Below, in pieces: positions 1-8,380 of a stretch of 64,000 nt of DNA (the stretch's first letter is position 1; each line of letters opens with the position of its first letter). Source of the stretch: Candidatus Cloacimonadales bacterium. Its GTDB lineage: Bacteria > Cloacimonadota > Cloacimonadia > Cloacimonadales > JAFGVF01. Where the stretch lies: NCBI GenBank assembly GCA_963663475.2, contig CAXXJV010000001.1, forward strand, positions 928,001 to 992,000, read 5' to 3'. The translations under genes were made by a program, and so were the position numbers. The notes under the pieces are model-generated. The model worked only from the letters and a program-made list of their open reading frames with translations. It ran no database searches and was not told the DNA's origin.

Positions 1-1
1 T

Positions 2-175
2 GGAATCGAAAGAGTTTCTAAACCTGGAAGAAGAGTATATGTAAAAGCAAACAACGTTCCTAGAGTATATAATAATACCGGTTGTGCATTCATATCAACT
101 AGCAGTGGTGTTATGGTTGATAGAGATGCTCGTAACCAGAATGTTGGTGGCGAATACATTTGCAAAGTGTGGTAG
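2..175 (+). CDS. rpsH: 30S ribosomal protein S8, 3' part (5'-truncated by window edge)
   Basis: Manual translation [14 protein letters not shown]...[26 protein letters not shown]; lies upstream of rplF. Confidence 0.95.
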   Translation, partial: GIERVSKPGRRVYVKANNVPRVYNNTGCAFISTSSGVMVDRDARNQNVGGEYICKVW

Positions 176-184
176 GAGGATAGC

Positions 185-754
185 ATGTCAAGAATAGGTA
201 AAAGTCCAATCGTGCTTCCTGAAGGTGTAAAAGTTAACATTACAGGTAGCCACATTGAAGTCGAAGGAAAATTAGGTAAACTCTCTCATGATTTAGTTGG
301 CGGAATTACTGTTACTCAAGAAGATAATCGCCTTGTTCTTAAAAGACAAGATGATAGTAGAGAACAAAAAGCTTTCCATGGTTTAGGTAGAGCTTTATTG
401 CAAAACTTAGTAACTGGTGTTACTCAAGGCTATGAAAAACTTCTCCATGTTATCGGTACTGGTTTTTCTGCTGAAGTAATAGGTCCATGGCTTAAGCTTA
501 ACTTAGGTTACTCTCACGATATCTATTTAGAGATACCTGAAGGTTTAGAAGTCAAAGCTGAAGCAATTCCTCGTGGTAAAGGTATGCATTCTGAACATCA
601 AGCTAATGTTTTCGTAAAAGGAATTCATAAAGAAGATGTTGGTAAATTCTCTGCTGAAATTAGAGAGTGCCGTAAGCCTGAAAATTACAAAGGTAAAGGA
701 ATTCGCTACAGCACTGAACGCGTAATAATCAAAGCTGGAAAAGCTGGAGCATAA
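185..754 (+). CDS. rplF: 50S ribosomal protein L6
   Basis: MSRIGK start, C-terminal PENYKGKGIRY motif; spc operon order. Confidence 0.98.
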   Translation: MSRIGKSPIVLPEGVKVNITGSHIEVEGKLGKLSHDLVGGITVTQEDNRLVLKRQDDSREQKAFHGLGRALLQNLVTGVTQGYEKLLHVIGTGFSAEVIGPWLKLNLGYSHDIYLEIPEGLEVKAEAIPRGKGMHSEHQANVFVKGIHKEDVGKFSAEIRECRKPENYKGKGIRYSTERVIIKAGKAGA

Positions 755-766
755 GCGGGGTAAATA

Positions 767-1138
767 ATGGTAAAACCAAGTAATATAATTAGAAATGAAA
801 AAAGAGCGAGACGTAGAAAAGCTATTCGTAAAACACTTAGTGGAACAGCTACTCGTCCTCGATTAGTTGTTTTCAGAAGTTTGAATCATATATATGGACA
901 GATAATTGATGACCTCAAGGGAGTTACCCTAGTCTCTTTATCTTCCAAATCTAAAGATGCTCAGTTAGAAGAAGGAATTAAAAAAGTAGAAGTTAGTTTT
1001 CAGATTGGACAGCAATTAGCAGCCAAAGCAATGAAAGCTGGTATTACTAAAGTTTGCTTCGACAGAGCCGGTTACAAATATCACGGCAGAGTAAAAGCAT
1101 TTGCTGATGGTGCTCGTAAAGCCGGATTAGAACTATAA
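767..1138 (+). CDS. rplR: 50S ribosomal protein L18
   Basis: RPRLVVFRS, FDRAGYKYHGRVKAFADGAR motifs. Confidence 0.98.
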   Translation: MVKPSNIIRNEKRARRRKAIRKTLSGTATRPRLVVFRSLNHIYGQIIDDLKGVTLVSLSSKSKDAQLEEGIKKVEVSFQIGQQLAAKAMKAGITKVCFDRAGYKYHGRVKAFADGARKAGLEL

Positions 1139-1147
1139 CGGGAGGAA

Positions 1148-1678
1148 ATGTTGAGACAAATGAATAATCCAGAAATTGAAGATCAATTTGTTGAAAAAAT
1201 AGTCGCAACCAACCGTGTAACCAAGGTAACTAAAGGTGGTAAAAACTTTTCTTTTAGCGCTATTGTTGTTATTGGTGACAAAAAAGGTAATGTTGGTGTT
1301 GGCAAAGGTAAAGCAATCGAGATTGTTGATGCAATCAGAAAAGCTAAAGAAAGAGCCAGCAAAACTATGTTCAGAATTCCAATAACTAACGGTACTATCC
1401 CTCATGAAATGTTAGGAAGATTCGGTGCAAGTAAAGTCTTAATGAGACCTGCTTCTCCTGGTACTGGTGTTATTGCAGGTGGTACTACTAGAGCTATCTT
1501 TGAAGCTGCTGGAATTGAAAATATTCTTTGCAAATCAATGGGTTCTAATACCCCTACTAACGTTGTAAAAGCTACTGTTGTTGGTCTTAAAAAACTTAGA
1601 ACTATCAACGATATTGCTAAACTTAGAAATAAAACTTTTGCTGAATTGACTGGAATGGAGGCTAAAGATGAAGATTAA
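1148..1678 (+). CDS. rpsE: 30S ribosomal protein S5
   Basis: [23 protein letters not shown] motifs. Confidence 0.98.
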   Translation: MLRQMNNPEIEDQFVEKIVATNRVTKVTKGGKNFSFSAIVVIGDKKGNVGVGKGKAIEIVDAIRKAKERASKTMFRIPITNGTIPHEMLGRFGASKVLMRPASPGTGVIAGGTTRAIFEAAGIENILCKSMGSNTPTNVVKATVVGLKKLRTINDIAKLRNKTFAELTGMEAKDED

Positions 1679-1853
1679 AGTAAGCCAAATCAAAAGTGCA
1701 ATTGGCAGAAAAGAAAATCATAAAAGAGTTTTAGCTTCACTGGGATTAGGTAGAATTGGAAAATCAAGAATTCATGATGACAGCCCTGTTATCATGGGTA
1801 TGATTAAAAAAGTAGACTACCTATTAAAAGTTGAAACAGTTGAAGAAAACTAA
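1668..1853 (+). CDS. rpmD: 50S ribosomal protein L30
   Basis: 61 aa, KSAIGR...LGL motif, between rpsE and rplO. Confidence 0.97.
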   Translation: MKIKVSQIKSAIGRKENHKRVLASLGLGRIGKSRIHDDSPVIMGMIKKVDYLLKVETVEEN

Positions 1854-1864
1854 GGAGAGATAAG

Positions 1865-2335
1865 ATGTTAACCTTACACAATCTTAGTAAACCAGCTATT
1901 AAAAAGAATAAAAAAAGATTAGGAAAAGGTCAAGCGACTGGTCAAGGTCAAACTGCAGGTAAAGGACACAAAGGACAAAAAGCACGTTCTGGTGGTAAAA
2001 TACCTATCTGGTTTGAAGGTGGTCAAATGCCTATCCAAAGAAGACTCCCAAAAAGAGGATTCAAAAACATCTTTAAAGTTTCACATAGAATCGTCAATTT
2101 AAAAGACCTGGTTGATTTAGACGTTCAAGAATTAGATATTGCAAAAATGGAAGAAATTGGTTTATTACCTAAAAGCGGTAAAAAAGCCAACTATCCAGTT
2201 AAGGTCCTAGCTGAACTAGGAGATGTAGAATTTTCAAAAACAATGACTATTAAAGCCAACGCTTTTTCCAAAAAAGCAATCGAACTGATTGAAAATAAAG
2301 GTGGTAAAGCGGAGGTAGTGAACTTTGTTAAGTAA
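1865..2335 (+). CDS. rplO: 50S ribosomal protein L15
   Basis: GKGHKGQKARSG, FEGGQMPIQRRLPKRGF. Confidence 0.98.
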   Translation: MLTLHNLSKPAIKKNKKRLGKGQATGQGQTAGKGHKGQKARSGGKIPIWFEGGQMPIQRRLPKRGFKNIFKVSHRIVNLKDLVDLDVQELDIAKMEEIGLLPKSGKKANYPVKVLAELGDVEFSKTMTIKANAFSKKAIELIENKGGKAEVVNFVK

Positions 2336-3629
2336 AATAGCAAATATATTTAGAGTTCCTGATTTAAAGAAAAAAGTACTATTTACTGCTTTTATTCTTG
2401 TGTTATATAGATTGGGAAGCTTTATTCCGGTTCCCGGGGTAGATGCCTCAGAGTTAGGAAAAATATTTAGTAGCAACAGTGAGGGACTACTTGGATTAGT
2501 AGATCTCTTCGCTGGTGGTAATATGTCTAGAGCATCAGTCTTTGCTCTAGGTATCATGCCTTATATTACTGCTTCTATTGTTATTCAATTGCTGGGTTCA
2601 GTAATACCTTATTTTGAAAAACTCAAAAAAGAGGGTGCTGAAGGGCAAAAGAAAATAACTCAGATTACAAGATATGGAACCGTATTGGTAGCGGGTTTGA
2701 ACTCTATTGGAATATGCGTTATGTTACTTTCTCAACCAAACATTGTAACTATTAACCATACATTCTTCTTTGTATCTACTATTATTACCTTAATCACTGG
2801 TGTTATGATTATCATGTGGTTAGGTGAACAGATTACAGAAAAGGGTATTGGTAACGGTATTTCTTTGATTATATTTGCTGGTATCATAGCTCGCCTTCCT
2901 GGCGAAATCTATGGTCTTTTCCAAAGAGTTGCAGCTAACCCTTCTATCGGGAACATTTTTATGATTCTCTTTATTTTAGCTGCCATTGTAGTTGTTACTG
3001 CATCTGTTATATTAGTTACTGAAGCAATTAGAAAAATACCTGTACAGTATGCAAAAAGAGTTATTGGCCGTAAAGTTTATGGTGGTCAATCAACTTATAT
3101 CCCTCTAAGGGTTAATACTGCTGGTGTTATTCCTATCATCTTTGCTCAGTCTGTGCTTATGTTCCCTATTACAATTATTAGATTCTTTAATGCAGATTCT
3201 ACTTTTGTAACTAATTGGTTCTCACCAGGAACTGCACTTTATACAATAATTTCAATGATATTAATCATCTTCTTTGCTTATTTCTATACCGCAATGGTTA
3301 TGAATCCAGTAGAGATGGCTGATAATATGAAAAAATACGGCGGTTTTATTCCTGGTGTTAAACAAGGTAAAAAAACCTCTGAATATATCAATCGTGTATT
3401 AGTCAGAATTACTCTTCCAGGAGCTATATTCTATGCTATTATCGCTGTTATGCCTGATATCTTATTCCGTGTTTTAGGAGTTAGCTTATCTGTCTTAGGC
3501 GGTACAAGTATTATCATTGTTGTTGGTGTTGCCTTAGACACTCTTCAGCAAATAGAATCTCACCTAGTATCACGCCACTATGATGGTTTCATGAAACGTG
3601 GCAAACTAAGAGGAAGATCAGGAAGATGA
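2325..3629 (+). CDS. secY: Preprotein translocase subunit SecY
   Basis: ALGIMPYITASI, WLGEQITEKGIGNGISLIIF, GGFIPG motifs; multiple TM segments; TTG start. Confidence 0.98.
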   Translation: MLSKIANIFRVPDLKKKVLFTAFILVLYRLGSFIPVPGVDASELGKIFSSNSEGLLGLVDLFAGGNMSRASVFALGIMPYITASIVIQLLGSVIPYFEKLKKEGAEGQKKITQITRYGTVLVAGLNSIGICVMLLSQPNIVTINHTFFFVSTIITLITGVMIIMWLGEQITEKGIGNGISLIIFAGIIARLPGEIYGLFQRVAANPSIGNIFMILFILAAIVVVTASVILVTEAIRKIPVQYAKRVIGRKVYGGQSTYIPLRVNTAGVIPIIFAQSVLMFPITIIRFFNADSTFVTNWFSPGTALYTIISMILIIFFAYFYTAMVMNPVEMADNMKKYGGFIPGVKQGKKTSEYINRVLVRITLPGAIFYAIIAVMPDILFRVLGVSLSVLGGTSIIIVVGVALDTLQQIESHLVSRHYDGFMKRGKLRGRSGR

Positions 3630-4399
3630 TAAAGATTAAGAAGCAACATGAGATTGAAAAAATGCGTGATGCAGGCAGAATAATTGGACTGCTCTGGCAA
3701 GAGATGGAGAAGATTATTGCTCCAGGTATTTCTACTTGGGATTTAGATAAATTTGCTGATGAATTTATTCGTTCTCATGGTGCTTATCCTGCATTTAAAG
3801 GATATACTGTTCCCGGCTTAGCCCCTTTCCCAGGTGCTATTTGCGCTTCGGTTAATTCCGTAATTGTCCACGGCATACCTGCTAAAAATGTTATCCTCAA
3901 AGAAGGGGATATAATTGGGGTAGATGTTGGTACCAGAAAAGCCGGTTATCACGGAGATTCAGCTTATACATTTACTGTCGGCCAGATCTCTAAAGAGGCT
4001 CAAGATCTTTTAGATGTAACAAAGAAAGCACTTGAAATTGGTATTAATGCTGCAATAGTCGGTAACAGAGTTGGAGATATCTCCTATGCTATCGGCAAGT
4101 TTGTAAAAGACAGTGGTTACTACTGTGCTGATGACCTTACTGGTCACGGTATCGGTAAAGAATTACACGAAGACCCTATGATTCCTAATGTAGGAAGAAA
4201 AGGAACGGGAAAGTTAATTAAAGAAGGAATGACCATAGCAATTGAGCCAATGGTCAATATTGGCACTAATAAAGTTATTGAAAGAGGCTGGGAATATCTA
4301 GTAAAAGATGGTTCACTATCAGCCCATTTCGAACATACTATATTAGTAACAGATACAAAACCAGAAATTTTAACTAAGGTAGGAAGAGAGAATGGCTAA
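3626..4399 (+). CDS. map: Type I methionine aminopeptidase
   Basis: HGIP, GYHGDSA, GHGIG, AIEPM, SAHFEHT metal-site motifs. Confidence 0.97.
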   Translation: MIKIKKQHEIEKMRDAGRIIGLLWQEMEKIIAPGISTWDLDKFADEFIRSHGAYPAFKGYTVPGLAPFPGAICASVNSVIVHGIPAKNVILKEGDIIGVDVGTRKAGYHGDSAYTFTVGQISKEAQDLLDVTKKALEIGINAAIVGNRVGDISYAIGKFVKDSGYYCADDLTGHGIGKELHEDPMIPNVGRKGTGKLIKEGMTIAIEPMVNIGTNKVIERGWEYLVKDGSLSAHFEHTILVTDTKPEILTKVGRENG

Positions 4400-4610
4400 A
4401 TCAGGTGTTATTGAGGTAGAAGGGGTAGTTAAAGAATCCTTGCCAAACACGCAATTTAAGGTGGAATTAGAAAACGGGCATGTTATACTTGCTCATAGTT
4501 CGGGAAAAATGAGAATGCATTTCATTAGAATTTTACCTGGAGATAAAGTTAAAGTTGAACTATCACCTTACGATTTGACCAAAGGAAGAATCACTTACCG
4601 TTATAAATAG
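4392..4610 (+). CDS. infA: Translation initiation factor IF-1
   Basis: [31 protein letters not shown]. Confidence 0.98.
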   Translation: MAKSGVIEVEGVVKESLPNTQFKVELENGHVILAHSSGKMRMHFIRILPGDKVKVELSPYDLTKGRITYRYK

Positions 4611-4633
4611 TTGTTACAGATGAAGGAGAAAAA

Positions 4634-4747
4634 ATGAAAGTAAGAGCTTCTGTTAAGAAAATCTGTAAAGATTGTAGAATTATCAAGCGAAATGGTGTTA
4701 TCCGTGTGATTTGTACAAATCCAAAGCACAAACAACGCCAGGGATAA
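4634..4747 (+). CDS. rpmJ: 50S ribosomal protein L36 (not in ORF track)
   Basis: Manual translation [45 protein letters not shown] upstream. Confidence 0.97.
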   Translation: MKVRASVKKICKDCRIIKRNGVIRVICTNPKHKQRQG

Positions 4748-4790
4748 ACCCTAATTAAAATAATATAATAAATTCCGAAGGAGGAAAGGC

Positions 4791-5162
4791 TTGGCACATA
4801 TCGCAGGTGTTGAGATACCTAATAACAAAAGAGTTGTTATAGGTTTAACTTATATTTATGGCATAGGAAGATCTTTGTCTTCAGAAATCCTCAAGAAGGC
4901 TAACATTGATGAAAACATCAAAGTGCAAGATCTTTCAGTAGAACAAGAAAGACTTATTCGTGACATTATTCAAAATGAATATACTGTTGAAGGAACCTTA
5001 AGAACAAAGATTGCTTTAGATATTAAACGTCTTATGGAAATCAATTGCTACCGTGGTCTTCGTCATAAGAGAGGACTCCCAGTACGTGGGCAGAACACTC
5101 AAAATAATGCTAGAACCAGAAAAGGTCCAAAACCTGGTTCAATTAAGAAGAAGAAAAAATAG
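4791..5162 (+). CDS. rpsM: 30S ribosomal protein S13
   Basis: [25 protein letters not shown] start after GGAGG. Confidence 0.98.
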   Translation: MAHIAGVEIPNNKRVVIGLTYIYGIGRSLSSEILKKANIDENIKVQDLSVEQERLIRDIIQNEYTVEGTLRTKIALDIKRLMEINCYRGLRHKRGLPVRGQNTQNNARTRKGPKPGSIKKKKK

Positions 5163-5170
5163 GAGAACTT

Positions 5171-5563
5171 ATGGCTAAAAAGAAAGTAAGAGCTAAGAAA
5201 AAAAGAGTTCGCTTAGCATTTGACGAAGGTGTAGCACATATCCATTCAAGTTTTAATAATACTATTATCACTCTATCTGACAAAGCAGGTAATGTACTTA
5301 CTTGGTCTTCAGGTGGTAAAATTGGTAATAAAGGTTCCCGTAAATCAACTCCTTATGCAGCACAGATTGCAGCAGGTGAAGTAGCTAAATCAGCTCTTGA
5401 TATGGGAATTACTAAAGTTAAAGTAATCGTTCGTGGACCAGGTGGAGGTAGAGAAGCATCTATCAGATCTATGAATGCTACGGGATTAAAGATTTTATCT
5501 ATCCAAGATGCAACTCCGATCCCACATAACGGATGCCGTCCACCAAAAACAAGAAGAATCTAA
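5171..5563 (+). CDS. rpsK: 30S ribosomal protein S11
   Basis: [29 protein letters not shown]. Confidence 0.98.
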   Translation: MAKKKVRAKKKRVRLAFDEGVAHIHSSFNNTIITLSDKAGNVLTWSSGGKIGNKGSRKSTPYAAQIAAGEVAKSALDMGITKVKVIVRGPGGGREASIRSMNATGLKILSIQDATPIPHNGCRPPKTRRI

Positions 5564-5572
5564 GGGGGAATA

Positions 5573-6187
5573 ATGGCACGATATACAGGACCTAAAGCAA
5601 AATTAGTAAGAAAATTTGGTGAAAACATTTTTGGAACACCAAAATATGATAGAATATTAGAAAGAAGAAATTATCCTGCCGGCGATCATGGTAAAGTTTT
5701 TAGAAGAAAACTTTCTGATTATGGTACTCACTTAAGAGAAAAACAAAAACTCAAAAACACTTATTGTCTCTTAGAAAAACAATTCTATAATTACTTTGTT
5801 AAAGCTTCTAAGAAAGAAGGTGTTACTGGTGATAACTTCCTTCAATTACTTGAAAGAAGATTGGATAATGTTGTGTATAGATTAGGATTTGCTGTTACTA
5901 GAATGCAGTCTCGTCAGTTTGTTAATCATGGCCATGTTATGGTTAACGGTAGAAGAGTAAATATTGCTTCATTCTTATGCAAACCTGGTGATGTTATTGA
6001 GATTAAAGAAAGTTCTAGAAAAGGTGCCATGTCTGAAGCTGCTGATATTACAGGTGCAACTTCTTCATACTCATGGTTATCAGTTGATAAAGATAATTTC
6101 AAAGGTGAATTTTTAGCAATACCAAATGCTGAAGAGATACCTACTAATGTAGATGTCCGTTTAATTGTTGAGTTCTATTCTAAATAA
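5573..6187 (+). CDS. rpsD: 30S ribosomal protein S4
   Basis: MARYTGP, LERRLDNVVYRLG, IVEFYSK. Confidence 0.98.
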   Translation: MARYTGPKAKLVRKFGENIFGTPKYDRILERRNYPAGDHGKVFRRKLSDYGTHLREKQKLKNTYCLLEKQFYNYFVKASKKEGVTGDNFLQLLERRLDNVVYRLGFAVTRMQSRQFVNHGHVMVNGRRVNIASFLCKPGDVIEIKESSRKGAMSEAADITGATSSYSWLSVDKDNFKGEFLAIPNAEEIPTNVDVRLIVEFYSK

Positions 6188-6202
6188 ACTGGAGAGACAC
6201 AT

Positions 6203-7210
6203 ATGATGTTCTTAGAACCGTTGCAGATGCCGAACAAAGTCGAAGTTATAGAAAACAGTGATACTTATGGAAAATTCGAAATAGGTCCTTTAGAACCTGG
6301 TTTTGGAACAACTATCGGTAACACCTTAAGAAGAGTTTTATTAGCTTCAATTCAAGGTGCTGCAATAAAATATGTTAGAATTGAAGGTTTGCATCACGAA
6401 TTCTGCCCTATTCCGGGTACTAATTCCGATTATGTTGATCTTATTCTCAAACTGAAAGAGTTAGTTCTAAAAATTGACGATATCAATGAAGTTGAGTTAG
6501 TTTTAGAACACAAAGGAAAAGGTGTAGTAACTGCAGCCGATATTCAAACACCTGGAAATGTTGAAATTCTGAACCCAGAACTTGTACTTCTTGAAATGAG
6601 CGAAGATGTTGATATCAGAATTGAACTATGGGCTGCTAATGGAAGAGGCTTTGTCCCTTCAGATAAACAGGACATGAATGAAAAATCTATTGGAATTATC
6701 CCAATCGATTCCATCTATTCTCCTATGAGAAAAGTGAACTTCTTCGTGACTAACCAACGTGTTAAAGAGAAGATGAATTATGATAAACTAGTTGTAGAAA
6801 TTACTACAGACGGTTCTATCAATCCTAAAAACTCACTATTTCTCGCTGCCAAAATATTGAAAGATCTTTATGCTAGTATCTCTCAATTTGAAGTTGAACC
6901 TGAATATATTGAAGAAGTTCAAATGGATCCAGAATTGGAAAGATATGAAAAACTCTTTAATATGAATGTTAAAGAACTCGAACTTACTGTTCGTTCTGCA
7001 AACTGCTTGTTGGCTGCTAAGATCGAAAAGATTGGAGAATTAGTTGGTAAAACTGAAAGTGAAATGTTAAAATACCGTAACTTCGGTAAGAAATCTTTGG
7101 ATGAAATTCAAGGCTTACTTGATACTTATGGCTTATCTCTTGGAATGGATGTTGATACTATCAATGCCCAGATTCAAGAGGCAAAAAACAGAGTAAAAAT
7201 AAAAGAATAA
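6203..7210 (+). CDS. rpoA: DNA-directed RNA polymerase subunit alpha
   Basis: [19 protein letters not shown], alpha-[20 protein letters not shown]. Confidence 0.98.
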   Translation: MMFLEPLQMPNKVEVIENSDTYGKFEIGPLEPGFGTTIGNTLRRVLLASIQGAAIKYVRIEGLHHEFCPIPGTNSDYVDLILKLKELVLKIDDINEVELVLEHKGKGVVTAADIQTPGNVEILNPELVLLEMSEDVDIRIELWAANGRGFVPSDKQDMNEKSIGIIPIDSIYSPMRKVNFFVTNQRVKEKMNYDKLVVEITTDGSINPKNSLFLAAKILKDLYASISQFEVEPEYIEEVQMDPELERYEKLFNMNVKELELTVRSANCLLAAKIEKIGELVGKTESEMLKYRNFGKKSLDEIQGLLDTYGLSLGMDVDTINAQIQEAKNRVKIKE

Positions 7211-7220
7211 GGATTCGACC

Positions 7221-7607
7221 ATGAGACATAGAGTTAGAGGAAGAAAATTTGGTTTAGAAAGTGATCACAGAAAGGCTATGTTACATAACCTTGTAAAATC
7301 ACTTATCGAACATGGACGCATCAATACTACACTCGCTAGAGCTAAAGAGATGCGCTCACTTGCTGAACGTTGTGTTACTTATGCTAAGAAAAATGATGTT
7401 CATAATCGTAGATTAGCTTACAAAGTTCTTCAAGATAGAGACTTAGTAAAGAGACTTTTTGAAGATATCGCTCCAAATTATGCTACAAGAAACGGTGGTT
7501 ACACTCGTGTTCTTAAAGCTGGTAATCGTAGAGGAGATAATGCTCCTATGGCTATTATCGAGTTTGTGGACGGTGTTGGTAGAACAAGTAACGAAAGTGC
7601 TGAATAA
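7221..7607 (+). CDS. rplQ: 50S ribosomal protein L17
   Basis: MRHR start, RNGGYTRVLK..RRGDNAPMA. Confidence 0.98.
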   Translation: MRHRVRGRKFGLESDHRKAMLHNLVKSLIEHGRINTTLARAKEMRSLAERCVTYAKKNDVHNRRLAYKVLQDRDLVKRLFEDIAPNYATRNGGYTRVLKAGNRRGDNAPMAIIEFVDGVGRTSNESAE

Positions 7608-7636
7608 TATATATAATTAATATATAATAATATATC

Positions 7637-7670
7637 AAGGCTACTCATTTATGGGTAGCCTTTTTTCTTT
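7637..7670 (+). terminator. Intrinsic terminator of the spc/alpha operon
   Basis: AAGGCTACTCAT-TT-ATGGGTAGCCTT stem followed by T run. Confidence 0.85.
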
Positions 7671-7709
7671 GCTAAAAATTTAAGGCTGTAGAAAGCTCGT
7701 GGCTTTTAG

Positions 7710-7829
7710 GGAGTGGAAGCATCCTTGCTTCCACCTGAGACCAGGATTTTTATGGAGTGGAAGCATCCTTGCTTCCACCTGAAAACAGGGACTTGCTTAT
7801 GGAGTGGAAGCATCCTTGCTTCCACCTGA
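7710..7829. repeat. Three direct copies of a 29-bp palindromic REP-like unit GGAGTGGAAGCATCCTTGCTTCCACCTGA
   Basis: Copies at 7710, 7754, 7801; stem GTGGAAGCA/TGCTTCCAC; 15-18 nt linkers. Confidence 0.9.
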
Positions 7830-7842
7830 GATAATCAAAAGC

Positions 7843-7968
7843 AAAAAAAATAGGGGCTAGGCCCCTATTAAAGCAGTCCACAGCAACTGCTAAAAATTAA
7901 TCCGTAAATCAGCTTACAATTTTTGGATAGATACAGAGGCTGGATGAACAATCTCAAACTCTATACAA
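7843..7968 (-). ncRNA. Candidate structured small RNA with its own promoter and terminator
   Basis: TTGACA at 8002-7997, several hairpins, then AATAGGGG/CCCCTATT stem plus T run on the minus strand; no ORF in the track. Confidence 0.4.
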
Positions 7969-8100
7969 ATGCATAAAAGAGTGACTACAAAGTTATTGTC
8001 AAGATAAATTATAGATTAATAAAATATTACCTTCAGGGTTAGAGGACTGTAGGGGTAAAAGAGGTTATTAGTCCATGTAGTGTAGTAGACCTTTACTTAA

Positions 8101-8263
8101 ACCCAAATAGTGCAGTAGACCCTTGTGAATAGCACTATATTCTTCTGCAAAAGTCACTTCCATAATTTCTCCGAATATATAAAATATATGGGTCAAAATC
8201 CTGTAAGCTATTTTGCTAGAATAATCTGCACTCTTCACTAAAGCTCCACTAGACTATCTTGGT
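8101..8263. mobile_element. ~162-bp MITE copy (ACCC..GGT ends, TAA flanks)
   Basis: Imperfect terminal inverted repeats; homologous along its length to 12123-12284 and 35336-35496. Confidence 0.75.
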
Positions 8264-8330
8264 TAAATAAACACCTCAATATCAAGCCTACTAAATTTAT
8301 CACATTTCCCACTCTACTTTGGAAAGGGAC

Positions 8331-8360
8331 AAAAAAAAGGTGAGCATATTCGCTCACCTT
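8331..8360 (-). terminator. Intrinsic terminator of ileS
   Basis: AAGGTGAGC/GCTCACCTT stem; the A run gives a U tail on the minus strand. Confidence 0.85.
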
Positions 8361-8380
8361 ATTATATTAATTAGCAATTA

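Noticed and set aside
1133..2557. Antisense ORFs over rpsE, rplO and secY (and similar ones over ileS, ftcD, ktrB, thiE, istA)
   Set aside because: Fully overlap well-supported genes on the opposite strand and show no motifs.
7710..7829. CRISPR mini-array
   Set aside because: Linkers are only 15-18 nt and resemble each other, there are no cas genes, and the unit belongs to a dispersed REP-like family.
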